From the NCBI GenBank assembly GCA_016790175.1, contig JAEUPI010000094.1, forward strand, positions 20,967 through 84,966: a DNA stretch of 64,000 nt. Reading direction: 5' to 3'. Shown piece by piece: positions 44,401 through 52,865 of this stretch. A model generated the notes under the pieces. It was given only the letters and a program-made list of their open reading frames with translations. It was not told where the DNA came from and ran no database searches. The translations under genes and the position numbers were made by a program. This DNA is from Burkholderiaceae bacterium. GTDB lineage: Bacteria > Pseudomonadota > Gammaproteobacteria > Burkholderiales > Burkholderiaceae_C. Position 1 is the first letter of the stretch, and each line of letters opens with the position of its first letter.

Positions 44401-47118
44401 TTACGGCGCGGCCTGCGCACGCAGCGCGGCCGCCTCGTCGTGGCGGCCGGCGGCCTGCAGGCGATCGATCAGGAGCTGCTCGAAGGCGCGCCGCAGCGGC
44501 AGACTGCCGATTTCGCGTGCTTCGGCGTGCGCCTGCATCAGGTCGCGAAGGCCGGCCGGCTCGTCGCCGCCGCGAAACGCCAGCTCGGCGCGGACCGAGA
44601 GCGACATCGCGTGGCCTCGCCGATAGCCGGCCGCCGCGGTGGCGACGAGCGAAACTTCGCACAGCTCGCGCGCACGCGCCAGATCGCCACGCTCGATCGC
44701 ACACTGGCACAGCCAGTAGGCGCAGTTGGCGTGCTTGAGCGCCGAGACGCCGCGATAGCGCTCCAGTGCCGTTGACAGCGCCGCCTCGGCCTCGCCGAGC
44801 AGCCCCGCCGCCTTCGACGCGGCGCCGAATTCGAGCAGCAGCGCGGCCTCGTCGACCGGATCGATGCGATCGCGCAGCGCGTCGATGGCGTCCCGCGCGG
44901 TGTGACGCGCCTCGGCGTAGCGGCCGTGCTCGAAGTGGTTCACGGCCTGCTTGACCGCCAGCTCGACGCGCCGGTGCGACTCGTCGGCGCCTTCGGCCAG
45001 CGCGGCAGCCATCGCGTCGATGGCTGCGGCCCGTCGCGTGTCGTCGTCGAGATTGCGCAGCAGTTCGACGCGTGCGCTGTGGATGTCGAAGGCGGTCGCG
45101 AGGTCGACGCCGTCGGCCAGCGCCAGGTCGTACTGCGCCAGTGCTTCCCCTTGCGCAAACACGCGTGCGGCCGCCTGCGCCGCCTGCACGCGGTGCGCCG
45201 CCGCCTCGGCCCCGCGCTGGCCGGCCTCGAGATGCGCGGCAATGTCGGCCGCCGGCGCACCGGCCCGGCGCAGGGCATCGGCGAGGCGGCGATGCAGCAG
45301 CTTGCGCCGCTCGCCGCCCAGCGCCTCATCGAGCGACCGTCGCACCAGGTCGTGCGTGAAGCGCAGGCCGCTGGCCGAGGCCGCGATCAGTTCCGCCTGC
45401 ATCGCACGATCGGTGGCGTCGGCGAGTGCCTGCTCGGGCAGCCCGGTGCAGTCCACCAGCCAGTCCAGCTCGAAGCCGTCGCCCGCCAGGCTGGCCGCCT
45501 CGAGCATCCGGCGCACCGGCTCGCCCAGCCGGTCGATGCGGCGCAAGACCGCGTCGCGCACGCTCGGCGACAGCGGTAGCTCGCGATAGTCCTCGGTCTG
45601 CTCGTCGAACGGCGTGCCCCAGGTGTCTTTCTCGTGCCACAACACGCCGGCTGCGAAGAGGTCGCGCAGTGATTCCAGGATGAACAGCGGGTTGCCTGCC
45701 GTGGCGGCATGCAGCCGGCGCGAGAATGCTGCCGCGGCGCGGCTGCCGGACATCGCGCGCACCAGCGCCAGCACCTGGGTCTCGCTCAGCGGCGACAGCG
45801 TCAGGCGCAGCAGCTCGCCGTCGCGCGCGATCGCCTCGAGCGCCTGCTGCGCGGCCGCGTCGCGCGGCAGTTCGGTGCTGCGTGCGGTGGCCAGCAGCCG
45901 CGCCCGTGGCCGGTGCCGAACCAGATGCGCCATCAGCTCGGCGGTCGTCGCGTCGTACCACTGGATGTCGTCGAAAACGATCGTGCCGGCGCCGGCGGCG
46001 GTCAGCAGCGCCGCGCTCAGCCCTTCGAGAAAGCGGGCCCGGGCCTCGACCAGCGGCCCAGCGGCCGGCGTTCCATCGGCATCGGACAAGGACGGCAGCA
46101 GCCGCGCCACTTCGCGGCGCCAGGCAGGGTCGAGCAGGTCGAACCAGCGGCTGTCGTCCTGGTAGGCGCTCATCAGCGCGTCGGCCACGGGATACAGCGG
46201 CGTCTCCCGCGACACCTCGCGGCCCTTGATGACGAGCAGCGCGGCGCCACGGGCGTGCACGAACTCCAGCGCCAGCCGGCTCTTGCCGACGCCGGCGTCG
46301 CCGTCGATCAGCACCAGCGCCTGCCTCGCTTCGGCGATCTGCTGCCATGCGGCCTCGCGGCCGATCAGCGGCGACTTGAGTTCGACCGATGCAGCGCCGG
46401 CATTTGCTGCCGGGCCGGCGGCCGATGCGCTGCGGACACGCTGCCAGAGCGCCACCGTCTCGCGATCGGGCTGGGCGTCGAGTTCGCTCGCGAGCCGGCT
46501 GCGCAGGCGTTCGAACAGTTCGAGCGCCGCGGCAGGGTCGCCGACCTGATGCGACAGGCGCATCGCCTCGCGGGTCAGCGCCTCGTCGGCCGGCACCGCG
46601 GCCAGTCCGTCGCGCAGCAGATCGAGCGCGCCTTGCGGGTCGCCGGCGGCTTCGCGCGCCGCCGCCGCGCGCCGGATGGCGTCTTGCCGCGACTGCTGCA
46701 TCGCGTCTCGCTCGGCGCGCAGCCAATCCATGAAGCCCTCGCCACCGCGCAGTTCGAAACCCTCCAGCAACTCGGCCGGCACGCCGGCAGGAAACTGCGG
46801 TGAGCCGGCGCCGCCGCGCCAGCCGGGCACGTCGAGCACGAAGCCCTCGCGCAGGCGCAACGTTTCTGCGCCGGCTTCGATCCAGCCGGCCACCGGCGTC
46901 TGCTGCAGGCGGTGGATTTCCTGGCGCAGGTTGCGGCGCGCGGCATCGTCGGGCTTACCGCTCCAGAGCAGCGCGGCCAACACGCTGCGCGGCGTCGGCC
47001 CGGCGAGCGCGAGGTAGGCCAGCAGCGCGACCGACTTGCGGGTGGGCAGGGCGACCTCGGCTCCCGCGACGGTGACACGCGGGCGGCCCAGCAACGCCAG
47101 CTCGAGACGCCGATCCAT
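44401..47118 (-). CDS. SARP-type regulator: OmpR-like winged helix + BTAD + P-loop NTPase + TPR (905 aa)
   Basis: Start MDRRLELALLGRPRVTVAGAEVALPTRKSVALLAYLAL...LWSG...RRNLRQEIHRLQQ; BTAD helices; Walker A LIDGDAGVGKSRLA; TPR-like C-terminus. The ORF-track 1294-aa ORF over-extends antisense into ubiU. Confidence 0.85.
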   Translation of the reverse strand: MDRRLELALLGRPRVTVAGAEVALPTRKSVALLAYLALAGPTPRSVLAALLWSGKPDDAARRNLRQEIHRLQQTPVAGWIEAGAETLRLREGFVLDVPGWRGGAGSPQFPAGVPAELLEGFELRGGEGFMDWLRAERDAMQQSRQDAIRRAAAAREAAGDPQGALDLLRDGLAAVPADEALTREAMRLSHQVGDPAAALELFERLRSRLASELDAQPDRETVALWQRVRSASAAGPAANAGAASVELKSPLIGREAAWQQIAEARQALVLIDGDAGVGKSRLALEFVHARGAALLVIKGREVSRETPLYPVADALMSAYQDDSRWFDLLDPAWRREVARLLPSLSDADGTPAAGPLVEARARFLEGLSAALLTAAGAGTIVFDDIQWYDATTAELMAHLVRHRPRARLLATARSTELPRDAAAQQALEAIARDGELLRLTLSPLSETQVLALVRAMSGSRAAAAFSRRLHAATAGNPLFILESLRDLFAAGVLWHEKDTWGTPFDEQTEDYRELPLSPSVRDAVLRRIDRLGEPVRRMLEAASLAGDGFELDWLVDCTGLPEQALADATDRAMQAELIAASASGLRFTHDLVRRSLDEALGGERRKLLHRRLADALRRAGAPAADIAAHLEAGQRGAEAAAHRVQAAQAAARVFAQGEALAQYDLALADGVDLATAFDIHSARVELLRNLDDDTRRAAAIDAMAAALAEGADESHRRVELAVKQAVNHFEHGRYAEARHTARDAIDALRDRIDPVDEAALLLEFGAASKAAGLLGEAEAALSTALERYRGVSALKHANCAYWLCQCAIERGDLARARELCEVSLVATAAAGYRRGHAMSLSVRAELAFRGGDEPAGLRDLMQAHAEAREIGSLPLRRAFEQLLIDRLQAAGRHDEAAALRAQAAP

Positions 47119-47176
47119 GCGACGCGGACAGTATCGCGACGCCGCTCGGCGACGGGTTGGCGCGGCTGACGGGCGG

Positions 47177-47190
47177 TTGACTGCGATCAG
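47177..47190. promoter_or_regulatory. FNR-like box TTGAC-TGCG-ATCAG in the divergent SARP/ubiU intergenic region
   Basis: 8 of 10 match to TTGAT-N4-ATCAA. Lies 109 nt upstream of the ubiU ATG and 59 nt upstream of the SARP ATG. Confidence 0.45.
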
Positions 47191-47298
47191 AGATTCGTCA
47201 CGGGTGGCGGGCCCCGGCGACACCATCACCAGCCGGTCGCGCGGCTTGACGTGGCGCAGAGCCGGCGGATCGCCCGCCGATAGACTCGCCTGCCGCTC

Positions 47299-48318
47299 AT
47301 GCCCGCCGCCGAGATCCGCGCCCCCGAACTGGTCTGCCCCGCCGGCTCGCTGCGGGCGCTGCAGCTGGCGGTCGACGCCGGTGCCGACGCGGTCTACGTC
47401 GGCCTGAAGAACGCCACCAACGCGCGCAACTTCGCCGGGCTGAACTTCGATGACGCGCAGCTGGCACGGGGCGTGGCCTATGCGCATGCGCGCGGCCGCA
47501 AGGTCTTCATGGCGCTGAACTCGTTCGCGCGCGCCGGCGCCGAGGCGCTGTGGTATCGAGCCGTCGACGCCGCGGCGAGGGCCGGCGCCGACGCGCTGAT
47601 CGTCGCCGACACCGCGGTGATGGCCTATGCGCGCGAGCGCCACCCCGCGTTGCGGCTGCACCTGTCGGTGCAGGCCTCGGCGACCAGCTACGAGGCGATC
47701 GACTTCTATCGCCGCCACTACGGCATCGAGCGCGCGGTGCTGCCGCGCGTGCTGACGCTGTCGCAGGTCGGCCACGTGCTGCGAAATACCACGATCGAGA
47801 TCGAGGTGTTCGCCTTCGGCAGCCTGTGCGTGATGGTCGAGGGACGCTGCACGCTGTCGTCGTATGCCACCGGCCAGTCGCCCAACAACGCGGGGGTGTG
47901 CTCGCCGCCGTCGGCCGTGCGCTGGACCGACACGCCGCAGGGCGTGGAGTCGCGCCTGAACGGCCTGCTGATCGACCGCTACGCGCCCAACGAGCCGCGT
48001 GGCTACCCCACGCTGTGCAAGGGCCGCTTCGAGGTCGACGGCCAGCGCGGTTATGCGCTGGAAGAGCCGACCAGCCTGAATTCGATGAGCATCCTGCCCG
48101 AGCTGATGCGCCTGGGCGTGCGCGGCCTGAAGATCGAGGGCCGCCAGCGCAGCCCCGCCTACGTCGAGCAGGTCACGCGCGTGTGGCGCCAGGCGATCGA
48201 CAGCGCGCACGCGCAGATCGAGCGCTTCGAGCCGCGCACCGAGTGGACCGCGGCGCTCGACCGCCTGGCTGAAGGCCAGCAGCACACGCTGGGCGCGTAT
48301 GACCGGCCCTGGCGCTGA
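47299..48318 (+). CDS. ubiU: UbiU, U32-peptidase-family Fe-S protein of O2-independent ubiquinone hydroxylation
   Basis: PELVCPAGSL..L..AVDAGADAVYVGL...; Cys cluster FGSLCVMVEGRCTLSSY...GVCSPP...TLCKGRF; followed by ubiV and ubiT. Confidence 0.85.
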   Translation: MPAAEIRAPELVCPAGSLRALQLAVDAGADAVYVGLKNATNARNFAGLNFDDAQLARGVAYAHARGRKVFMALNSFARAGAEALWYRAVDAAARAGADALIVADTAVMAYARERHPALRLHLSVQASATSYEAIDFYRRHYGIERAVLPRVLTLSQVGHVLRNTTIEIEVFAFGSLCVMVEGRCTLSSYATGQSPNNAGVCSPPSAVRWTDTPQGVESRLNGLLIDRYAPNEPRGYPTLCKGRFEVDGQRGYALEEPTSLNSMSILPELMRLGVRGLKIEGRQRSPAYVEQVTRVWRQAIDSAHAQIERFEPRTEWTAALDRLAEGQQHTLGAYDRPWR

Positions 48319-48322
48319 CGTC

Positions 48323-49285
48323 GTGAAGGAAGAACGCGCCTTCGCGCTGACCGTCGGCCCGGTGCTCGGCTACTGGTCGCGCCGCGCGCTGCACGACTTC
48401 TATGCCGACGTGGCCGACTCGTGCGTCGAGACGGTCGTGATCGGCGAGGTCGTCTGCGCGCGCCGGCGCGAGATGAAGCTCGACGACTGGCTGGCGCTGG
48501 GCGCCGAGCTGCGCAGCGCCGGCAAGGAGGTGGTGCTCGGCACCCAGGTCCTGATCGAATCGGAGTCCGACCTGCGTTTGCTGCGCCGCCAGGCCGGGCA
48601 GCGCGAGTTCCTGGTCGAGGCCGGCGACGCATCGGCGCTCAATGTGCTGGCCGGTGCCGGCGTGCCGTTCGTGCTGGGGCCCCACATCAACATCTACAGC
48701 GCCGCGGCGCTGCGCGAGCACCGGCGGCTCGGCGCGGTGCGCTGGGTCGCTCCGGCCGAGCTGCCGCTGGCCAGTCTGTCGCGGATCAACCCGCCAGCGC
48801 CCGATGACGGCGTCGCCGCGCACTTGCCGGACGACGGCGCCTGCTCGCCGGTGGCCACCGAAGTGCTCGCCTTCGGGCGGCTGCCGCTGGCGTTCTCGGC
48901 GCGCTGCTTCACGGCGCGGCACCACAAGCTGAGCAAGGACTCGTGCGACTTCCGCTGCGCCGACGATGCCGACGGGCTGCTGCTGTCGACCACCGACGGC
49001 ACGCCGTTCCTGGCGCTCAACGGGATCCAGACGCTGTCGGCGGCGCGTCATTGCCTCATCGGCGAGCGCGCGGCGCTGCAGGCGGCCGGCGTGACGCGGC
49101 TGCGCCTGTCGCCGTCGGCGGCGGGTTTCGCCGAGGTACTCGCCCTGTTCGACGCGGTGATGAACCACGACGCGCCGGCCGACATGGCGCGGCGCCGGCT
49201 CGAGGCGATGGCGTGGCCGGGCGGTCTTGCCAACGGATACGCCGGCGGCGGCGCGGGGCTGCAGTGGACGGGCGCGAGCGCATGA
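48323..49285 (+). CDS. ubiV: UbiV, U32-family partner of UbiU
   Basis: LTVGPVLGYWS...; Cys motif ARCFTARHHKLSKDSCDFRC. GTG at 48323 preferred; the ORF-track ATG at 48299 overlaps the ubiU end. Confidence 0.8.
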   Translation: MKEERAFALTVGPVLGYWSRRALHDFYADVADSCVETVVIGEVVCARRREMKLDDWLALGAELRSAGKEVVLGTQVLIESESDLRLLRRQAGQREFLVEAGDASALNVLAGAGVPFVLGPHINIYSAAALREHRRLGAVRWVAPAELPLASLSRINPPAPDDGVAAHLPDDGACSPVATEVLAFGRLPLAFSARCFTARHHKLSKDSCDFRCADDADGLLLSTTDGTPFLALNGIQTLSAARHCLIGERAALQAAGVTRLRLSPSAAGFAEVLALFDAVMNHDAPADMARRRLEAMAWPGGLANGYAGGGAGLQWTGASA

Positions 49286-49728
49286 GTCTGCTGCAGTGGC
49301 ACCAGCTCGCGGCCGTCTTCACCCGGCCGGTGCTGCAGCGCCTGCCGATGCGGCCACCGTCGCTGCTGCTGGCGCTGGCACTGAACCGCATGCTGCTGCC
49401 GCGGCTGCCGGCCGACGCCAAGGCGGCGCTAGCGGCACGGGCGGTCGAGGTCGCGCTCACCGACATGGGGATGACGCTGCGGCTGCGGTTGCAGCACGGC
49501 GGCTTCACGCCCGCGGCCGCGCACGAAAGCGTCGCCCTGCGCATTGCCGCGTCGCTGCCGACCTTCGTCCGCCTGGCCCGCGGCGACGACGACGCCGACC
49601 GCCTGTTCTTCGAGCGCGCGCTGGTGATGGAAGGTGACACCGAGTTCGCGCTGGTGCTGAAGAACACCCTCGATGCGATCGGGCCCCTCTTCACTCCCTC
49701 TCCCCTCCGGGGAGAGGCGACGGGGTAA
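49282..49728 (+). CDS. ubiT: UbiT, SCP2-domain lipid-binding accessory protein
   Basis: ATGA overlap with ubiV; ...DADRLFFERALVMEGDTEFALVLKNTLDAI SCP2 signature. The last ~12 codons run into a REP-like hairpin. Confidence 0.8.
   Translation: MSLLQWHQLAAVFTRPVLQRLPMRPPSLLLALALNRMLLPRLPADAKAALAARAVEVALTDMGMTLRLRLQHGGFTPAAAHESVALRIAASLPTFVRLARGDDDADRLFFERALVMEGDTEFALVLKNTLDAIGPLFTPSPLRGEATG
49697..49717. repeat. REP-like hairpin CCTCTCCCC-TCC-GGGGAGAGG followed by a G-rich tail
   Basis: 9-bp perfect stem at the ubiT 3' end, followed by GGGGTAAGGGGCGGGGGTCAGGGG. Confidence 0.5.
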
Positions 49729-49773
49729 GGGGCGGGGGTCAGGGGCGGATCTTCGGGGGCCGTGTGCAGCGGC

Positions 49774-50154
49774 TCAGAGCTGCGTCGAGGTCGCGGCAAT
49801 CCGCATCACCAGCGCGCCGCGCGCCCACGGGAACTTCTCGCGCACCAGGTCGAGATACTCGCCGGCGGTCACGATCTCGCCGGTGCCGTCGATCACGCAA
49901 CCCTGGCCGGGGCCGCGGCTGCCGGGCACCTTGCGCGAGGCGGCCATGACCTGGACGCGGCCGTTGGCGCGCAGGTTCTGCTCGGTGCGCTGGAAGCGGC
50001 CGACCGGGAACACCACCACGTCACCCGGATCGACGATGCGCATGTAGTTGCCCCAATGCCCGGCCAGATGCGGGCCGTCGGGCCCCTGAGTCACGATGGT
50101 GACGTACTCGGTGGCATCGCAGACGTCGCGGCACACCCCTTCGATAACGGCCAT
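49774..50154 (-). CDS. Pyridoxamine 5'-phosphate oxidase-fold (flavin-binding split-barrel) protein
   Basis: RBS ggaggag + ATG at 50154; ...VTIVTQGPDGPHLAGHWG...VFPVGRF.RTEQNL..NGRV.V pattern. Confidence 0.65.
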   Translation of the reverse strand: MAVIEGVCRDVCDATEYVTIVTQGPDGPHLAGHWGNYMRIVDPGDVVVFPVGRFQRTEQNLRANGRVQVMAASRKVPGSRGPGQGCVIDGTGEIVTAGEYLDLVREKFPWARGALVMRIAATSTQL

Positions 50155-50305
50155 GAGAGGACTCCTCCGAATACCGCAACGATAACGGCGTCGAGCCAGC
50201 CTCGGCCGGCAGCATCTCTTGCTCCGGGACAAGAAGATCGTGGCGAATCACTCCAGCGTGTGGCCTGCGCGAGGCGCAGCCTCGATCAACGGTCGCAAAT
50301 CGGCC

Positions 50306-50761
50306 TCAGCCCTCGAACACCTGACGTTGCCCGAACCCCTGCGCGTTGTCGATGAAGTACAGCCGCGCCAAGCGCAGCCGATACCAATGCACGCGCGCCA
50401 GCGCCTGGACGATCGCCGGCGCCGCCAGCGCCGGCCGCACGAACGGGAACTTCGCGCCGTACACCTGCTGCACGCGCACGCGTTCGTCGCCGTCGAGTTC
50501 GTCGACCCGTCCCTCGAGCTGAATGCCCTGGATGCTGCGCCAGTCGGCCACCTCCGACTGGATCGTCGCCGCGCAGCGCGCATCGAGCGCCAGGTTGCCG
50601 GCATGCCGGCTCGAAGGTGACGACAGGAAGATCAGATCGTCGCCGTCGCGCGCGAAGAACACCGCCGCCGCCCACGGCCCCTCGGCACCATGCGTGGCCA
50701 GCGTCATCACATGGTGATCGGCCAGGAACTGCGCCACCGGCGGCGGCAGCGCCAGCGTCAC
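50306..50761 (-). CDS. YhbP/UPF0306-like PNPOx-fold protein
   Basis: GTGA overlap with the activator stop; FLADHHVMTLATHGAEGPWAAAVFFA....LIFLSSPSSRHAGNL....CAATIQ.....IQGIQLEG. Confidence 0.65.
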   Translation of the reverse strand: MTLALPPPVAQFLADHHVMTLATHGAEGPWAAAVFFARDGDDLIFLSSPSSRHAGNLALDARCAATIQSEVADWRSIQGIQLEGRVDELDGDERVRVQQVYGAKFPFVRPALAAPAIVQALARVHWYRLRLARLYFIDNAQGFGQRQVFEG

Positions 50762-52485
50762 GGCGCCGGCCCGTCGATGCCGTCGTGCCCCTCGGCGTCG
50801 GCCGGCTCGTGCAGCCGCTTCAACCGGTACGCCAGCTGCGGCCGCCGCAGGCCCAGCATGCGCGATGCGGCCGACAGGTTGCCGTGCGCCTTGTCGACCG
50901 CCGTCTCGATCAGCATCGCCTCGACCTGGTCGAGCGTCATCACGCCGTTGAACACCGCCTCGCACAACTCCTTGCCCGCGGCCCAGCGGTGCAGGTCGAG
51001 GTTGCCGTCGCCGTCGAGGCCGAACTCGGCCGGCTGCACGTCGCCACAGCGCGTGAACAGGTGACTGACTTCGACGCTCGAGCCGTTCGGCGCGAGGATG
51101 ACGCCGCGCTCGACCATGTTCTGCAGCTCGCGGATGTTGCCCGGCCACGGGTAGGTGAGCAGCGCGCGCTTGGCCTTGTCGGTGAAGCCGCGCAGCTTCT
51201 TGCCGTGGATGGCCGAGTGCTTCTCGAGGAAGCGCTTGGCCAGCAGCGAGATGTCTTCCTTGCGCTCGCGCAGCGGCGGGATCTGGATCTGGAACGGGTT
51301 CAACCGGTAGTACAGGTCGGAGCGGAATCGACCCTCCTTCACCAGCCCCAGCAGCTCGGTGTTGCTGGCGGCGACGACGCGCACGTTGACGCGCCGCGTG
51401 CGGTGGTCGCCCAGGCGCTCGATCTCGCCTTCCTGCAGCACGCGCAGCAGCTTGCTCTGCGCCGTGAGCGGCAGGTCGCCGATCTCGTCGAGAAACAGCG
51501 TGCCGCCGTCGGCGCGCTCGAAGCGGCCCGGCCGCGCCGCCTGCGCGCCGGTGTAGGCGCCGCGCTCGACGCCGAACAGCTCCGACTCGACCAGCTCGTT
51601 CGGGATCGCCGCGCAGTTCACCGCAATGAACGGCTTGTCGCGCCGCGTGCCCATCGCGTGCAGCGCGCGCGCGAACAGCTCCTTGCCGGAGCCCGTCTCG
51701 CCCGACAGCAGCACCGTGATCTGGCTGCCGCCGGCCTGCCGCAGCAGCTCGAAGGCCTGCCGGAAGCCCGGTGAGGTGCCGATCATGTCTGCGGGCAGCT
51801 TCTGCTGCTCGCCGATGGTCGAGCGCAGCTGCACCACCTGGGTCTGCAGCTCGATCAGCTGCTCGGCGATCGGCTCGGGCCGGAAGAAGCGCTCGTGCTC
51901 GGCAGCGTCGTCCCACTCCTCGACCGGCTTGCCGATGATGCGGCAGTTGGGATGGCCCATGCCGACGCACTCGACCTCCTTGTAGAGGATCGGCCGCCCC
52001 ATGAAGGCCGAGGTGTACCCGCAGGCGTAGCCGATCTGCGTCCAGCACATCGGCTCGTCGTGCTGACCGTAGTGGCGACGGTGCCACTGGCCCTCCCACG
52101 AGTTCTCCCACAGGAACTCGCCGTAGAAGCGACCGGCCATGCGGTCGAGCTGCAGCTGCACCGGCGTGACGTGCACGATGCCTTCCAGCGTGTGCAGCTG
52201 CGGCCCGGTCATGAAGGCCTCGACGTCGCTGCTGTCCTGCGAGCGCGTGCGCGCCAGTTCGGCGTCGCGCAGCCCCGACGCGTAACCCATGCGCGTGAGG
52301 AGCCCGCGCGCGCGGTCCATACCGAGGGTGTCGATCAGCTCCTTGCGCAGCATCGCCTGCGCTTCGGCGTGCACCAGCAGCATGCGGTGCTCATGCAGCC
52401 AGATCTGGCCGGTCTCGGCGCAGAAGTGCACGCGCGCCCGCAGGTCGTCGCGGGTCGCGCGCGCAATGCTGTGGAGCTTGGCCAT
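50758..52485 (-). CDS. Sigma-54-dependent activator, XylR/DmpR type (XylR_N + V4R sensor, AAA+, Fis HTH)
   Basis: V4R-type CxxxxC region [16 protein letters not shown]...GHPNC; AAA+ [14 protein letters not shown]-like [13 protein letters not shown]; C-terminal [25 protein letters not shown]. Confidence 0.88.
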   Translation of the reverse strand: MAKLHSIARATRDDLRARVHFCAETGQIWLHEHRMLLVHAEAQAMLRKELIDTLGMDRARGLLTRMGYASGLRDAELARTRSQDSSDVEAFMTGPQLHTLEGIVHVTPVQLQLDRMAGRFYGEFLWENSWEGQWHRRHYGQHDEPMCWTQIGYACGYTSAFMGRPILYKEVECVGMGHPNCRIIGKPVEEWDDAAEHERFFRPEPIAEQLIELQTQVVQLRSTIGEQQKLPADMIGTSPGFRQAFELLRQAGGSQITVLLSGETGSGKELFARALHAMGTRRDKPFIAVNCAAIPNELVESELFGVERGAYTGAQAARPGRFERADGGTLFLDEIGDLPLTAQSKLLRVLQEGEIERLGDHRTRRVNVRVVAASNTELLGLVKEGRFRSDLYYRLNPFQIQIPPLRERKEDISLLAKRFLEKHSAIHGKKLRGFTDKAKRALLTYPWPGNIRELQNMVERGVILAPNGSSVEVSHLFTRCGDVQPAEFGLDGDGNLDLHRWAAGKELCEAVFNGVMTLDQVEAMLIETAVDKAHGNLSAASRMLGLRRPQLAYRLKRLHEPADAEGHDGIDGPAP

Positions 52486-52608
52486 CGTGGCGCCCCTCCT
52501 GCGAAAGGTTGCTTCTAGGACGCGGCGGTCGTCGCCGGCTTGCGCGGCGTCAAGCCGTCCGGCATGAACGCCCGGGGTTGTCCCGGATACGGTGGCGGCG
52601 CACCGTAC

Positions 52609-52660
52609 TTCATCAAATCGTCGAATCGCCGCTTCATCGAGGCGCCGCCCTCATCAAAGC
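52609..52660 (+). promoter_or_regulatory. Candidate upstream activating sequences for the XylR-type activator
   Basis: TTCATCAAATC (52609-52619) and CTCATCAAAGC (52650-52660) resemble the TTGANCAAATC XylR-type half-site as I recall it. They lie 115-165 nt upstream of the -24 element. Confidence 0.35.
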
Positions 52661-52772
52661 ATCAAGTCGCGCGCGGCGCCTTTCGCACGCCCGCAGGGTC
52701 GGCGTGCGAAAGCCGCTTCCCCCTCTTCCACCAATGGGAGCAGGAGTCGCTCGTCGCCGGCGCAACGCAATC

Positions 52773-52787
52773 TGGCACGGCCTTTGC
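52773..52787 (+). promoter_or_regulatory. Sigma-54 (-24/-12) promoter TGGCAC-GGCCT-TTGC
   Basis: Exact TGGCAC-N5-TTGC spacing, ~80 nt upstream of the ATG at 52866, divergent from the sigma-54 activator gene. Confidence 0.8.
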
Positions 52788-52865
52788 GATTGATCCCCCG
52801 ATGCGCAGCGTCGCACGCCCGGCCCCGTTGCACAGCTTCGGTTCCCTCGACAAGGAGATACCCTC

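Noticed and set aside
47119-48285. Extra 389 N-terminal residues of the 1294-aa ORF 44401-48285.
   Set aside because: This part is antisense to the well-supported ubiU gene and has junk composition. The SARP winged-helix domain begins at the ATG at 47118.
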